Shown: in pieces, positions 1-42,778 of the stretch
Numbering within the stretch: position 1 is the stretch's first letter
Layout of the letters: every line of letters begins with the position of its first letter
Assembly (NCBI GenBank): GCA_012295275.1
Contig: CM022673.1
Coordinates: 12,462,001-12,526,000 of the forward strand
DNA: 64,000 bases
Source: Chrysomallon squamiferum
Lineage: Eukaryota > Animalia > Mollusca
Direction of reading: 5' to 3'
Notes under the pieces: model-generated
What the model saw: only the letters and a program-made list of their open reading frames with translations
Told to the model about the DNA's origin: nothing
Database searches by the model: none
Translations under genes and position numbers: made by a program

Positions 1-29521
<29,521 letters not shown>

Positions 29522-29639
29522 CGGTGTGGAAGTCGTTGCAGAGTCAGAACAACATTCTGTGATATCAATGTTGATTTTCATTGTGTAAAAATAATGTTAC
29601 TTCTTTTGTTTTGCATCTTTATGTAAGCCAGAGCATGTA

Positions 29640-29674
<35 letters not shown>

Positions 29675-32600
29675 TTACGTGTTTGTGTGCGACCGTGCGC
29701 GTGTGTACGTTCCTGGTATTACAGTATAGATCATGATGCCCTTTAAACATTTAATGTATACATATACATATTGATTGATTAATTTATTGTTGCTGTTGTT
29801 TGCTGAATACATCTATATTGATAAGAGATATGAAAATTCACATATTACGATTTAATAATGAAGATCTGCGTAATTTTTAACCTCTGTCTCTCAGAAAAAA
29901 AAAAAAAAAAAAAAAATTATGTATGTCTGTGGTAGAAACAAACAGTTATTTCGCCACAAGATCTGATAATAACATGCCATATTTATATATATTTACTATT
30001 TGTTACATATTGTATATATTTCAGTTTATTTATGAGACAATGTCATACAATATTATTTTGTATACTATCAAAACAGTAGCCGTCATTTACCAAACACAAT
30101 GTATGCATGTGAAACAATATTTTTACATTATGAATTAGTCTTAATACATAAAATGTTGTTACTATTAACATATCTGTACAGTTTAACACACACATATATA
30201 TATACATACACACACACACACATACATACACACACATACATACATACATACATAGATACACATACAATGTATATATTCACTTTCTTACCTAAAACTAATG
30301 TAATGTTTCAGTGATTTGTTCTACCTGAATTTTGTGTTTTAACAAATTATTTATTTATTTATTTATTTGTTTTTGTTATTATCTCAATATATTCAGTGTA
30401 TATTTGAAAACAGTATACAGTCTGTATGAACAAATAATATGATTATATAGAGACCCTATGTAGTCAACAAAATTATGTTATTAAAGTCATGTGATCGTAG
30501 AGACCCGTATGTAGGTCATGTGATAAACCCGAGGCCCAATATGGGCACGTAATTAATGTGTGATACCCTTGATTTTTTGATTGTACATAATTATATAGAT
30601 TTTTTTGTGATATATTTTATATTGTTAGGTTATTTTAATGATTGGTTGTTATTAATAAAGCAATACGCAGTTACATTTTTACTTGAGCATTTAATATAAA
30701 AACGTCTTAATGAATAACGTAATTTTCGTTGTATTGCTTCTTTTTCCGTTTATTGTGTGATTACGATTCTAGATAAATTGCATTAGCATCGAGAACGGAA
30801 GTACTGTTTCCGTTTCTCTCCATAATTATTAATTTATTGTAAAATATTAGTATTATTGTTAGTCGGTGATAAATATATTATTTAGCAAAAACACTTCTCT
30901 GTTTGTATAGTCTCATATAATTACGAATAGACTATCATCAGTGCTCACTGATGTGCACAAAAAAAAAAAAAAAAAATTTGAACCATGATGACTTTTTTTT
31001 TATTTCAGTAATCATCAAATAAAGACATTGCTTTACCAATTCTGATTTCAACAGATCATCCATAAACACATCATTTTCGAGGGGTATTTTTAATTATAGG
31101 CCGGTAGAAACATGGTCACTACATTATAAAATATATCAAACAGTATGAAATCGGATTTGGTCTAAGGCATAAATATTACTGTATATTATTTATTGTGAAA
31201 ATATTCAAATGATACAAAGTATTAATTTAGTTTGCTTGAAAAAAAAATTTTTACCTAAAATACCAAAAAAAAAAAAACCGTCCAGTTTTATTATTTTGTC
31301 AGTCATATTTAAATCTCACCTATGAAAGTATACCAATACAAATTATATGTATATTTTTTCCAAGTGATATTTTTGTTTGTTACATGATATAAATAAAGTT
31401 TGACATTAATATATCAAAACCAAGAAACAAAGTCCATGTTTTTTGTGTTACACTCTTTACATCAGATCACAGGTATAAACCAGGTTTTATTTTTGACAAA
31501 TTTTTATCGTCAGTGATAAATAATAATGTAGGTTTGAAGTATAGATAAATAATGTAGACTATTTTTACTTTTGCAATAAGTAAATGTTTGTTTGTTTGTT
31601 TGTTTTTGTTTGTTTATTTTTATTTTTATTTTTTTTTTTTTTTTGGGGGGGTGGTGTCTATTTGTTTTAATGTATAATGTCATTAATTATCTATATTTAT
31701 TATTATTTTGTACATAACTATATAAATTCCACATGGATTTATGTTCGTGTTGTGGTGGTATGTTTGTTCAGAATTTAACGCTAACTGTTCCAGTGAATGT
31801 AATGAAAGTAGGAAAAGATAAAATAGCAACTTGCAGTTATCAGATGAAATAATTTTGAAAGATGTAGCTGGATAAAGTTTCCATTTTATTTTATAAGCAA
31901 TGGCTCATGTTTTATTGCACATAAGTATATATAGTTTGTGTTTATGGTGATTAATTTTTTTCTTTCTTTCTTTATTTATTTATTCTTAGTAACTGGATAT
32001 GTACAGAGATTTAAAACTATCATCATATACAGTTTATATGCGTGTCTGTATGTGTGCATATACAAGGTGCATACATGCAGACACAAATTCACACATACAC
32101 ACACACACATATACATACAGATATTCAACATATTTACAAAAACATAAATACACACACATACACACATACATACGTACATACATATACATACATACATACA
32201 CACATATACATACATACATACATACATTGGATCAGTAATTATATCACCAAGTATTCGTTTTATTTTAAAATATTCTTTTCATACAGATATACGCTTTGTT
32301 CGTATTTACATTTTTAAAGCGCTTTAACAGTTCGAGAAGCAAGTGTCTGTAGCTGATTGTTGTTTGTGATGTAAATAAACCGGTATCCTCCCGTTTGTTA
32401 CACTGTCTGTGAACCGCGATGGTATCTGAGAGAAGACACAACGTAGCAGAGTGCGGACGAATGGAATGTGTAAGAAATGAAGGACAACCTGTGAACTGTT
32501 ATTTTGTTGCTGTTTTTTTTTTTTTTTTTCAGTATATAGTAAATTGTGTTGTTAATGAACGAGCACATCTTGGTATAGTAGAATACCACTGTGCAAACGT

Positions 32601-32961
32601 AATTCTTTTATTGTGTGTTGTTACACTTCTACAAGCGTAATAAAATTATTTATCTAAAATCACATTCGTTTGTTGGGTGTTTTCGAATTAATTTTCATTC
32701 AGGAATGAGACATGTGAAACATGTGATAATGCGAGTTCACTTCTCAGATATCTCCTTCCCATTCTCCTAAGAACATTTCCCATTCTAACCAGGTTCCCTA
32801 AACTTCTGTTTTAAAACTCCATTTGTGGGTTCATGGCGCGTATCTACTGTGTTATAAAACTAAAACGTAAATCCTTTTAACATGGTAATTATAGATTCCA
32901 AACTTTGGTAATAATAAAGCATGATAATAAAAATGACAAGTCCCCAACTTAACAAGATACT

Positions 32962-33029
32962 GGCTGTAATAGAACTGATCTTGCGACCTATCATATTTAC
33001 TGCCAGTGCTCTAACCACTGGACTACATC
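32962..33029 (-). mobile_element. Degenerate tRNA-like head, probably a SINE remnant
   Basis: Minus strand reads gatgtagtccagtggttagagcactgg...ggtcgcaagatcagttc, with a Pol III A-box-like start and a decayed B-box. It does not fold into a complete cloverleaf by eye. Confidence 0.35.
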
Positions 33030-33160
33030 TGTCATTAAACGTAATTTATGAATCACTTGTTTATGTCAATATAACCTTTATGTGTTTCGATACACTGACC
33101 GCGAGATATGTGTGTGCGTGTGTGTATGCATATGTATGTATGTATATGTGTGTATATATG

Positions 33161-33200
<40 letters not shown>

Positions 33201-33424
33201 AAATTGTCACATGCTGAAGTAAAGGTCGGGTCATACGATCAAATAAATGTCAGGTCACATGACCAACTAAAGGTCACATGATAGTATAACACGAGATGAT
33301 AAACAAAGTGTTTATTTCTGTGAACAAGTAACACCTTGATAACAGGTAAGGTAAATTATGTATAGAAAATGGGTACTGACTTTCTTTCTTTATTTTAGTT
33401 TATTTTATTATTTTTTATTATGGT

Positions 33425-33459
<35 letters not shown>

Positions 33460-34438
33460 TGCTCATGTATCGGTAAAGTTTGAATTAAATATAATGAATT
33501 ACTAAAATTTCGTGCTTTTCGACATGCTTATATCCTCTTGTAAACTGTTTCATCAAAATGCATATAAAATAATAGGTAATTACTGTAACTATAATCTTTT
33601 AATGAATGCTACTTATTTGAATACTTGTTTGGGTGATTTGTTACGCTCAATAATTTTTGAACATCAGTGAGCTTGTTACATTTGAGTAAACCAAGCTGCT
33701 AACTGAGTGATATAATGCTGTGATATATCAAAGTAACGGGATTGATATAAAGTCAAATAAATCTGTTTACACGTAAACCTGTAGATTATGATACCCGTGT
33801 TTTCAGTTAAAATGCAAAAGCGCGGCTTGCATCATTGCAAAAGTTGTTTCACACTATCCTAAAATGGCTAAAAATCATAAAGCTGATAGGATTTAAATAT
33901 AAAGAACGATAAAATAAATAAATAATTAAATAATTTAAAAAAAAAAAAAAAAAATGTGTATGTTAATATGAACTAACTTAAGCAATCATGAAATAAGATA
34001 GAAAGTACTCAGAACAACAAATTAAACAGTGTCAGAAATAGCGTTCACGGCCAACAAAGATGACTAAAAAGAAAACATGTTATTGTTACGGGTTTGTTGA
34101 TTAGCATTATTAGCAGAAAGTATATTTTATATGTGTCTTCCCCATGGTTTTTGATAATCAGAATGGTACCAGTTGAATAGAGGCTATTGTACCCAGGTCG
34201 CGGTGAGAAGGATTGATCCTAAATCCTATGATACATTTCCTCTATACTGAAATCATATGACAACAACCCGCCTATAACAGGATTGTAGACTTGTATAGCT
34301 ATAACATTCTGTTAGTGGTCAGTTTAGTCTGTCAAGGGTTAACTGAACGAAATTTTCCGTTCACGATTATTTTCAGTACATGATTATTTGCATATGAGTT
34401 TCCATTGCACGAAGCGACAGAGAAAAACAACAACAAAT

Positions 34439-36189
34439 ATGAAGACGGTAAGCCTCCTGTTTCTCGTAACGCTTGGTTCAAGTCTGGCGGCTCCTGGTCT
34501 TCAGTCTGTCGACCAGAAATGGCGGGAGTGGAAGATGACGTATAATAAAACATATTCGTCATACGAGGAGGAGTTGTTAAGGAGGAAAATATGGGAAAAA
34601 AACCTAGACTTTATCACGGCTCATAATAATCAGATTTCTGTCACCTACAAACTGACAATGAATATGTTTGGAGACCAGGTAATCATAAGAAATTATTACA
34701 TTTCAGATAATTTTGTTAATAAGTAAATTATAGACTGTAGATATCATTTTATTATTTATATATATATATTTTACATTAAATTAGAGCCATCGAGTTGTCT
34801 TCTGCATAATTCCGACTACATGAAATTACATTTAAATTTAAGAAATTAATGCATAACTAAGTAAACTGTTTCTACTAGAATAATTTATATTTCATAAATG
34901 GAAAGTTACGATTTTAATAACCACTGGCTGTGACGCTGCTTGACCACTGGTTTGTAATTACTGGATCTTTTGCTGAATATTATAACTACTGTTAACCAAT
35001 GGTTAATTATTATTAACATTTGAATAATTTATTATGTAACGACAAAAAGGCTCTACACCTTGTTATTTAGCATGTCCCAGAGATTACTATTCATCTGACT
35101 GGTGTTTGCACTTGATATATTATATTTATATTTATATTATAAAGAAATATTATTTCATTATTATTAATTTCTTAGCGGTCCGGTCAAAGGAGAAAGCTGC
35201 ATGTTTCGAGTGGTTTCACAGACAAAACGAACCTGAAAAAAAATGGCAACATACTCAGCTTTATTCCATCAGAGTTTGACTGGAGAAAAAAGGGCGCCAT
35301 TACCATTGTCAAAAACCAGGGTCAAAAGGGTGATTCAGAAGCAATAGTTGCTAATGGTACGTTAGATGTACATTATACATGTCATTTACATTTACATTTT
35401 TACTACTGGTGACTCAAATATTTCAAAATTAACTTAAATCATACCAACATGTCCTTAATCGAATAGCTTATATCTTAATTTATATAATGGGTTTATTTAG
35501 ACGGATGCATATGCATTTACATACTCATGTACACTATACACACATAAACAAGATGCATGCATTTGAATATCTAAATGTAGATATATTACGCATGTATATG
35601 AACATGCATACATTCATACACACATGTACATACATATATACATACACAAACAAAATCAGATACACACACACACTCGCATATATAAATATATACACACATA
35701 CATACAAATACACATTCAGGGTGTCCCAAAAGTAACCGAACCGCAAACTTAAATAAAATTAGATATTAAAAATAACAAATTTAATTCCATCTTTTATGTC
35801 ATTTTATGTTATCTTTTGTACTATTCATTTACTTCTGTCAGTAGTAGTCTTTGTTATGCTAATAAACCTAGGACCATTGATCAACTGAAACAAAGTATTC
35901 AGCACGAATGTAACCAAATTTTAGTGGAAACTTACCAAAAAGTATGTCACAGTGTTGTCAAAAGGTGTTGTGATTGTATTGAAGTACAAGGTAGACATTT
36001 TGAATATTTGTAAATACTAAATATAGAGATTATTAAATTTGTTGTTTTTTTGGGACACCTAATTTTATTTAAGTTTGCATGTTCATACAGGTACATACTT
36101 TTATACATATATACATATACATACAAATACATATATACATATACACATACATACATACATACATACATATACACATACATTCATATACA

Positions 36190-36221
<32 letters not shown>

Positions 36222-36332
36222 CACATACATACATATACATATATACATACATATACACATACATACATACATACACACATACATACATATATATACACAT
36301 ACATACATACACACATACATACATACACACAT

Positions 36333-36365
<33 letters not shown>

Positions 36366-37187
36366 GACACACACACATACATACATGGACAGTTGACAGA
36401 TAATGGATAAGGAAAAACACATGTTACTATTTTATCACACATCTGTTAACACAAACATACATACATACTCATCTATGTAAAGATTATAACAAACAAATAT
36501 AACGACAAACATAATGTCTATAAAGATTATAAGCAAACGTACAAATATAATATTCATAATGTCTATAAAGATTATAAGCACTTACCTCAGTAGAGTATGG
36601 TAAAAAAAAAAAAAAAAAAATAGACAATGAAAACCATTTTACGACTGCTGGAAAAAGTTATTGTTCACCTAGTTACGTTTTGCATTTATGATGTTGCATC
36701 CTATTGCACAGATGCTATTAAACAAAATCCAAACCGCGAGATAATTATTTATCAGGGTTTTCATTACAAGCACATGATGAATGTAAAGTGCGAGAGTTGA
36801 TACCACAAACTTCTAGTGCAATTAGGTTCGATTCCAAGAAATCTTAACCATTATAAAACTATACAATTTTAATAAACGGTTTTGGTTTCGTGACAAACAA
36901 GTGCAGCTTAGTCGTGACTTAAAAGGGTTAGTTACATTTTATATGTGCAGTTTTTCTTCTTTTTTTATCTTCATTATCATCATCTTTGTTGTTGTTCTTG
37001 CCTTGGTGGCATTACAAATAATATGACAAAAGAAAAGATATCGATAAAATGGTTGAAAGGCTGACGTGTATTTCCCACAATTGAAAATCACATAAAAAAA
37101 AAAATAATAATAATAGTAAAAATAATAACAAAAATTATTATTATTTTAACAACAACAGCAGCAGCAATAATAATAATAATAATAATA

Positions 37188-37247
<60 letters not shown>

Positions 37248-38973
37248 ATCAGTGAGATACATGTGTTTTCAGAATGTGTTACAAGTTTCAACTTTATCAA
37301 AACTGGACAGTTGACAGCTGGCAGTTTAGAGGAGATTTTAGATTGTTGTTCCAAGTTCAAACCTCCAGGCTTCAGACCCCTGGTAAAAGACTGCTTTGGG
37401 TGCATTCATGACATAGGTGGTCTCTGTTCTGAATCAGCGTATCACAGTACCGGGAAATGCAACAACGGATCTTGTAAACCAGTTGTACAGGTAAATATGA
37501 TTTATTATATAACTATATGTAAAATGTCACAAATAGGCAGGTCATATAGCGAGTTTGTTTTACTTATTTATTACAATTTCTAGTATTATTGTTACTACTG
37601 GAAGTATTTTTATCCCTTCTATAAATAACTATTGCTACTACTGTTAAAACAACCAGACATTTTTGTGATATTACTATTTTATGTTGTTATTGTTACTGTA
37701 AAAAAAATAAAAATAAAAATAAAAAGACATATTACTACAATCATACTTTATTACTATAGCAGACTCGTTTTACAAAACCAAATACCAAAATTGTTAAGTA
37801 ATGCAATACATTTTGTTTAAATAACCGAAACGTAATACTTTATTTAATCTTCAGAACTTCACCTACCCAGTATTAGAGCTTAACATATCAATTGCACATT
37901 TAACAATTGTTTTCTCAACATTAGGTGGATGGCACAAAAATGGTACCCCCTGAACATGAAGACCAGATGGCAAGAGATCTTGTAAAATATGGACCTCTGA
38001 TGGTGTACGTAGATGCTTCACATCCTTCCTTCCAGTTGTACAAGTCAGGGGTTTATTCTGAAGAAGAATGCAGTAAAGAACTGGTTGATCTTTGCCTTCA
38101 GATTGTTGGGTATGGTATCCAAGATGGTGTACCTTACTGGATTTGCAAAAATAGCTGGGGTATGTGCTGTCATGAAGAATATTGTTGGTTAGGATTATTG
38201 TGCAGTTTTGTGTAGATCAGATATAACACTGTTTAGGCATTTATGTGCAGATGAAATATAATAAGCTATTTATATAAGCACACTTCCCCGAGTAAATATA
38301 TACTTTATTATTTACATTAATATTACAACTATTATCATTTCTACTACTATCACCACTGTAACCTAGTACTTTTGCTATTGCTTCACGACTTCGTTTATCA
38401 CCACTACTGGTCCTATCACTTCTATATTACTAGTACTCTTATCACCACTACTACAACTACTGCTGCTGCTTCTATTACTACCATATTACTAATACTAATA
38501 TCACTACTACTTCTACTAATCTTCCTCCTGCCACTGCTACCACTGATGTTGATTGTTACAGTAACTAGTGGTACAGTAGCTTTTACTAAAATGAACAATT
38601 TCACATTCATAATAAATTTCAGAAAACAAAATGTGAATTTATTTAATAGATAGTTGAGAATAAAATGTAAATAACTTTTTAATCTTTATGTTCTTTATCA
38701 GTCTTAAATATTTTTTAAAATGGTCAAAAAACACGTTATCTTTTCACAAATTGTTAAAAAAATTGTAACATATATTCATGTTTATTACTAACAGTAGTTA
38801 TGATAAAAAGGATATATTTATATTTTTTCATAAAACATATGAAGCATACTTAACAGTTAATTATATTATTATACTAAATTACAGGTACCAGTTGGGGAGA
38901 AAAAGGATATATTCTGATTCGTAGAGGAACCAATGAATGTGGAATAGCTTCCAGTGCCAAATTTCCTGTTTGA
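34439..38973 (+). CDS. Cathepsin L-like papain-family (C1A) protein, catalytically substituted (pseudoprotease), 320 aa
   Basis: Exons 34439-34678, 35176-35356, 37273-37490, 37925-38159, 38885-38973 (963 nt, open, GT-AG). Signal peptide MKTVSLLFLVTLGSSLA. I29 propeptide with ERFNIN-like EELLRRKIWEKNLDFITAHN and MNMFGD. Mature start PSEFDWRKKGAITIVKNQG. Also FQLYKSGVY, IVGYG, YWICKNSWGTSWGEKGYI and NECGIAS. Confidence 0.93.
35717..36060 (+). mobile_element. Internally deleted Tc1/mariner-superfamily DNA transposon in cathepsin intron 2
   Basis: Inverted ends cagggtgtcccaaaa (35717) and ttttgggacacct (to 36060). The internal ORF remnant YANKPRTIDQLKQSIQHEC...KRCCDCIEVQGRHFEYL resembles the C-terminus of Tc3-like transposases. 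Confidence 0.75.
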
Positions 38974-39500
38974 TGAGGAAGTTACAATGTTGTGTATTCT
39001 CTATGGTTTTGACTTTCCCTTTTAGTAATATTACTATTACTACACTACTAATTTTAATTTTATAATAATCATCTTCTTTTTTTTTAATCCTTTAAAAAGA
39101 TCAGATTGTTTCAGTAAAATATATATTTTATTGCTGTTAAATATCCAAAAAATAAAATAAAAAAATACTGAAGTTAATCTTGTGAATTTTGAGCCCAGTT
39201 TACAAAAATTCTGAGCACTTTTGATTAACCTTTTCGATTTGAAGTTTGGAAACAACCTTTCACTACTTCTTTAATTTCTTCTTTTTTTTCCATTTATTAT
39301 TTTTATATTTAGTCCCGTTTTTCATTCTGTTTAATTATTTTATAATCATTCCTATTTATTTAATCTTTTTCATTAAGATCTTTAAAACAGTAAATTATTT
39401 CTGTATGAATTTATCAATGACAGCTTGAAAACTGACATTGTGATGTAACTCCCATTTCCAGATGGTGTATAACAAATACTATTTTATTCATTTAAACACT

Positions 39501-42500
39501 TCATCCCACTGGTCTGCAGCGTAAATCTAACACAATGTGATCTACATGTGGTGCATAAGATTTAACATGTTCTATATGAGCAACATTCGTCGCCCACTTT
39601 CCTCCATGTTTCTCAGTAAGTAACAATTTTATTGTCTCAGAAACTTGATTGGCCCATTGCTCCCAGCATTCCTTAGTCTTAGGATTACCTTCCATAGTCT
39701 TATCATCAGGTTTTGCCCATTTGCTGGTTTCATTTTTATCCGACACATTTTTGACAGTTTCATCTTTATCTGACACATCTGTAGCAGTTTCATTTTTTCT
39801 AACACATTTTTAATAGCTTCATTTTCACTGTTATTTATTACACCTTGTTCCAAAGAGGTAGATAATAAAGTATCTTTTTCATTTGCTTCTTTACTATCTT
39901 TTAAATGCTTTTTTTTGGAAGCAGTTGTATTGAGTGATATTTGAGAGAATGGTTCCGTAGTATCAAAGATCTCAAGGGATGTAGTTGTAGTATTATATGA
40001 ATCAAGTAATGGTTTTACATTATTAGAGATATCAAGGGATGTTTTTGTAGTATTAGAGATATCAAGGGATGGTTCTGTAGTATTAGAAATATCAAGTGAT
40101 GGTTCTGTAGTATTAGAAATATCAAGGAATGTTTTTGTCTTATCAAACACATTACATGGTTTACTGACAGTATTCATCATAGCTGCTGTTTTAGAAGAAT
40201 TCTTGTCATTGTCATAATGAGAAGGCTGTTGTGCACCACCAGGCAGATAATCGCTTGATGCAGGAATGTGATGAGAAGGCTGTTGTGCAGGCTTTGATGT
40301 GATGTTTGAGTGGATGTGAAGAACACCACCAGACGATGGTTTCAGTGCTGCACACGCCACAAACCACCCATCCTCCGAGCTGGGAATTAAACCAAGGTTT
40401 ACTCTGTCAGCTACTCCAACTGGACAAACCTGAAATTTTTGTTATATTTTTTGTGATTAAAGCAAGACTTGTAGAATGAAAATAAGGACGAAAAGACAGA
40501 GTACTAGGGACAAACACAGATAACAGATAGGCACACTTAGCCAAGAAACTACAGGCATAAATGCAGATCTATAGGAAGAAATTCACTAATTTACACATAT
40601 ACATACATAGATAGCCAGATCGACAGGCAGGGATAAGCTGACGGAGACAGAGATGCAGACAGAAAAAAAAAAAAAAAAAAAAATTTATTAACTTTGAATA
40701 ACCAAATTTGAAGCTGGCATCATAAATATCTACATTTTAACAAAAATAAATGTAATCATAAAAGATGTGAGCCATATACATGAAAACAGATACACTCTAC
40801 AAATGTAAACCAGTCAACATGCCTTTCTGTTATCTCCATAATGGATGACACATTTATCCTGGACTCCATTCAAAACGAGATTTTTCTTCAGCGCCTTCAC
40901 TGCTTCTGGATTCCACTCACAAGCATGAACAAGCTGAGCTCCAGCATGGACAAGATATGGCAATGTGAAATAGCCAATACCTAAACAACATCCACAGACA
41001 CATGTACTGTACAATGTAAAACAGTATTACTATTAGGATAATGCTTGCTTAGATTTATAAAGAAAATGATATAATAGTAGTATTAATATTTTTTGATAAT
41101 GCTTTATTCATCATTCATATATTACTGAACCTCAGATTATCATTTTTTTTTTTATTCTATATGTTTAGGTGGTAATTTTTGTAAAATGATTTTTATTTTT
41201 TATTTTTTTATTTTTTTTTTTTTTTGCTATTACATTCCTAGGTCATTATAAAATAGTAAAATAAAGAAAAATTAACACCCCAGCATGTGAAAGGTCAGAA
41301 ATCGACCATTATAAAGAAGAGAACAAGCTAAAAATTAAATTCATTTACCAAATGTCGAAGGGAGATAACTCATCAAAGAAATGGTTACTAGATAATGCAC
41401 TATGACTAAACAATTATTACCCAGCTGTATACTTCTCTGTGTGTTTGTGTGCCTCTAAACCTCTGTTTCTGAATGCATATTTCTACATAACTGTAAAATA
41501 TATATTTAGGTGAAGTTTAAACAAACCATTAATGGAATTGACTATAAATGTTCTGAGAAAAGTTAATATCTAAATATTATTATAACATTATCTACATATA
41601 AAATAAAAATCTGTACTAACAGACACAAACCTGCATACAGATCTACAACTGTCTCTCCACAGCAGTTAAAATTTGCTATTCTCAACTTCTCCGAAATATT
41701 ACCAGCACTAAACATACACTTTGTGATGTCGTAGGAATACCTAAAATAAAATAAAATTATTACATCTGATGAAATAGTGGTAAGTGTGTAAATAGTATAT
41801 TATAAGTGACTTATAAAATTCAGTGACTTAAGTAGTTATTTTGAAATTCATGATATGAACATAGCTTCAGGGTTTTTGGGGGCTTTTTTTTTTTTTTTAG
41901 AGAAAATAGAGATAAATGTTTAAAAAATAAAATTAAAGTATCTTTAAAAAAAAAAAAGGCTAATTATTTAGAAAAAAATAATTAAATATAATAATTTTAA
42001 AATATATATGACATTCAAAAAGAAAACTTTAGCAACAAAAAAAGTGAAAAATTAACAACAAAATATAAAAGGTGGTTTTAACATTAAAAATAATTAACTT
42101 TTAAACATTTATAGGGGTAATTAAAAAAAAAAAAAAATTAATAATAAATATTAAAGAAAATGGCAATTAAAAAGAAATGAATACAGAAACAACATTTAAA
42201 TGCAAAAATTCTTGACAAATAAGAATTACAACAGGAGTTTTGAGAGTTTCACCTGATTCCATTATCTACTTGTTCCACCCAGCCGCTGTCTCCTAGAAGC
42301 AAGGACACTTGAGGTGATCGAAACTCGTCATTTGAAACTGTCATCTTTTTGGCGAGGCGTTGACAGCCAAGACTTTTAGAAACACACAGCCAAAACTCTG
42401 TAACTTATAAAAACAAAAAGCATTAAAATAGTTTTAGTATGACTGTATTATTTTCCATAAATATGCAATATTTGTATTTTACAGACTAGACAATATATAC

Positions 42501-42728
42501 AGATTTTGTTAGGCGCATTTGTATGAATGGAAAAGGACTAATGGATAAACTGAAATGAATTCTGAACTTTAATCAGTCATGTTGAAAACTTTAACATTAG
42601 GTGGGTTTTGTGTTTTTTTTTTTTTTAATATACCTTATTGACAGTGACTGCAAACAACAAAATAAAATTTAAACTATTACTAACTTTAAAACTTTAATTA
42701 AATTGTTACAGCTTGAGAATATGTTACT

Positions 42729-42778
<50 letters not shown>

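Noticed and set aside
35317-35345. Silicatein call for the Cys-to-Ser cathepsin
   Set aside because: The catalytic His is also lost and there is no silicatein-type serine cluster before it.
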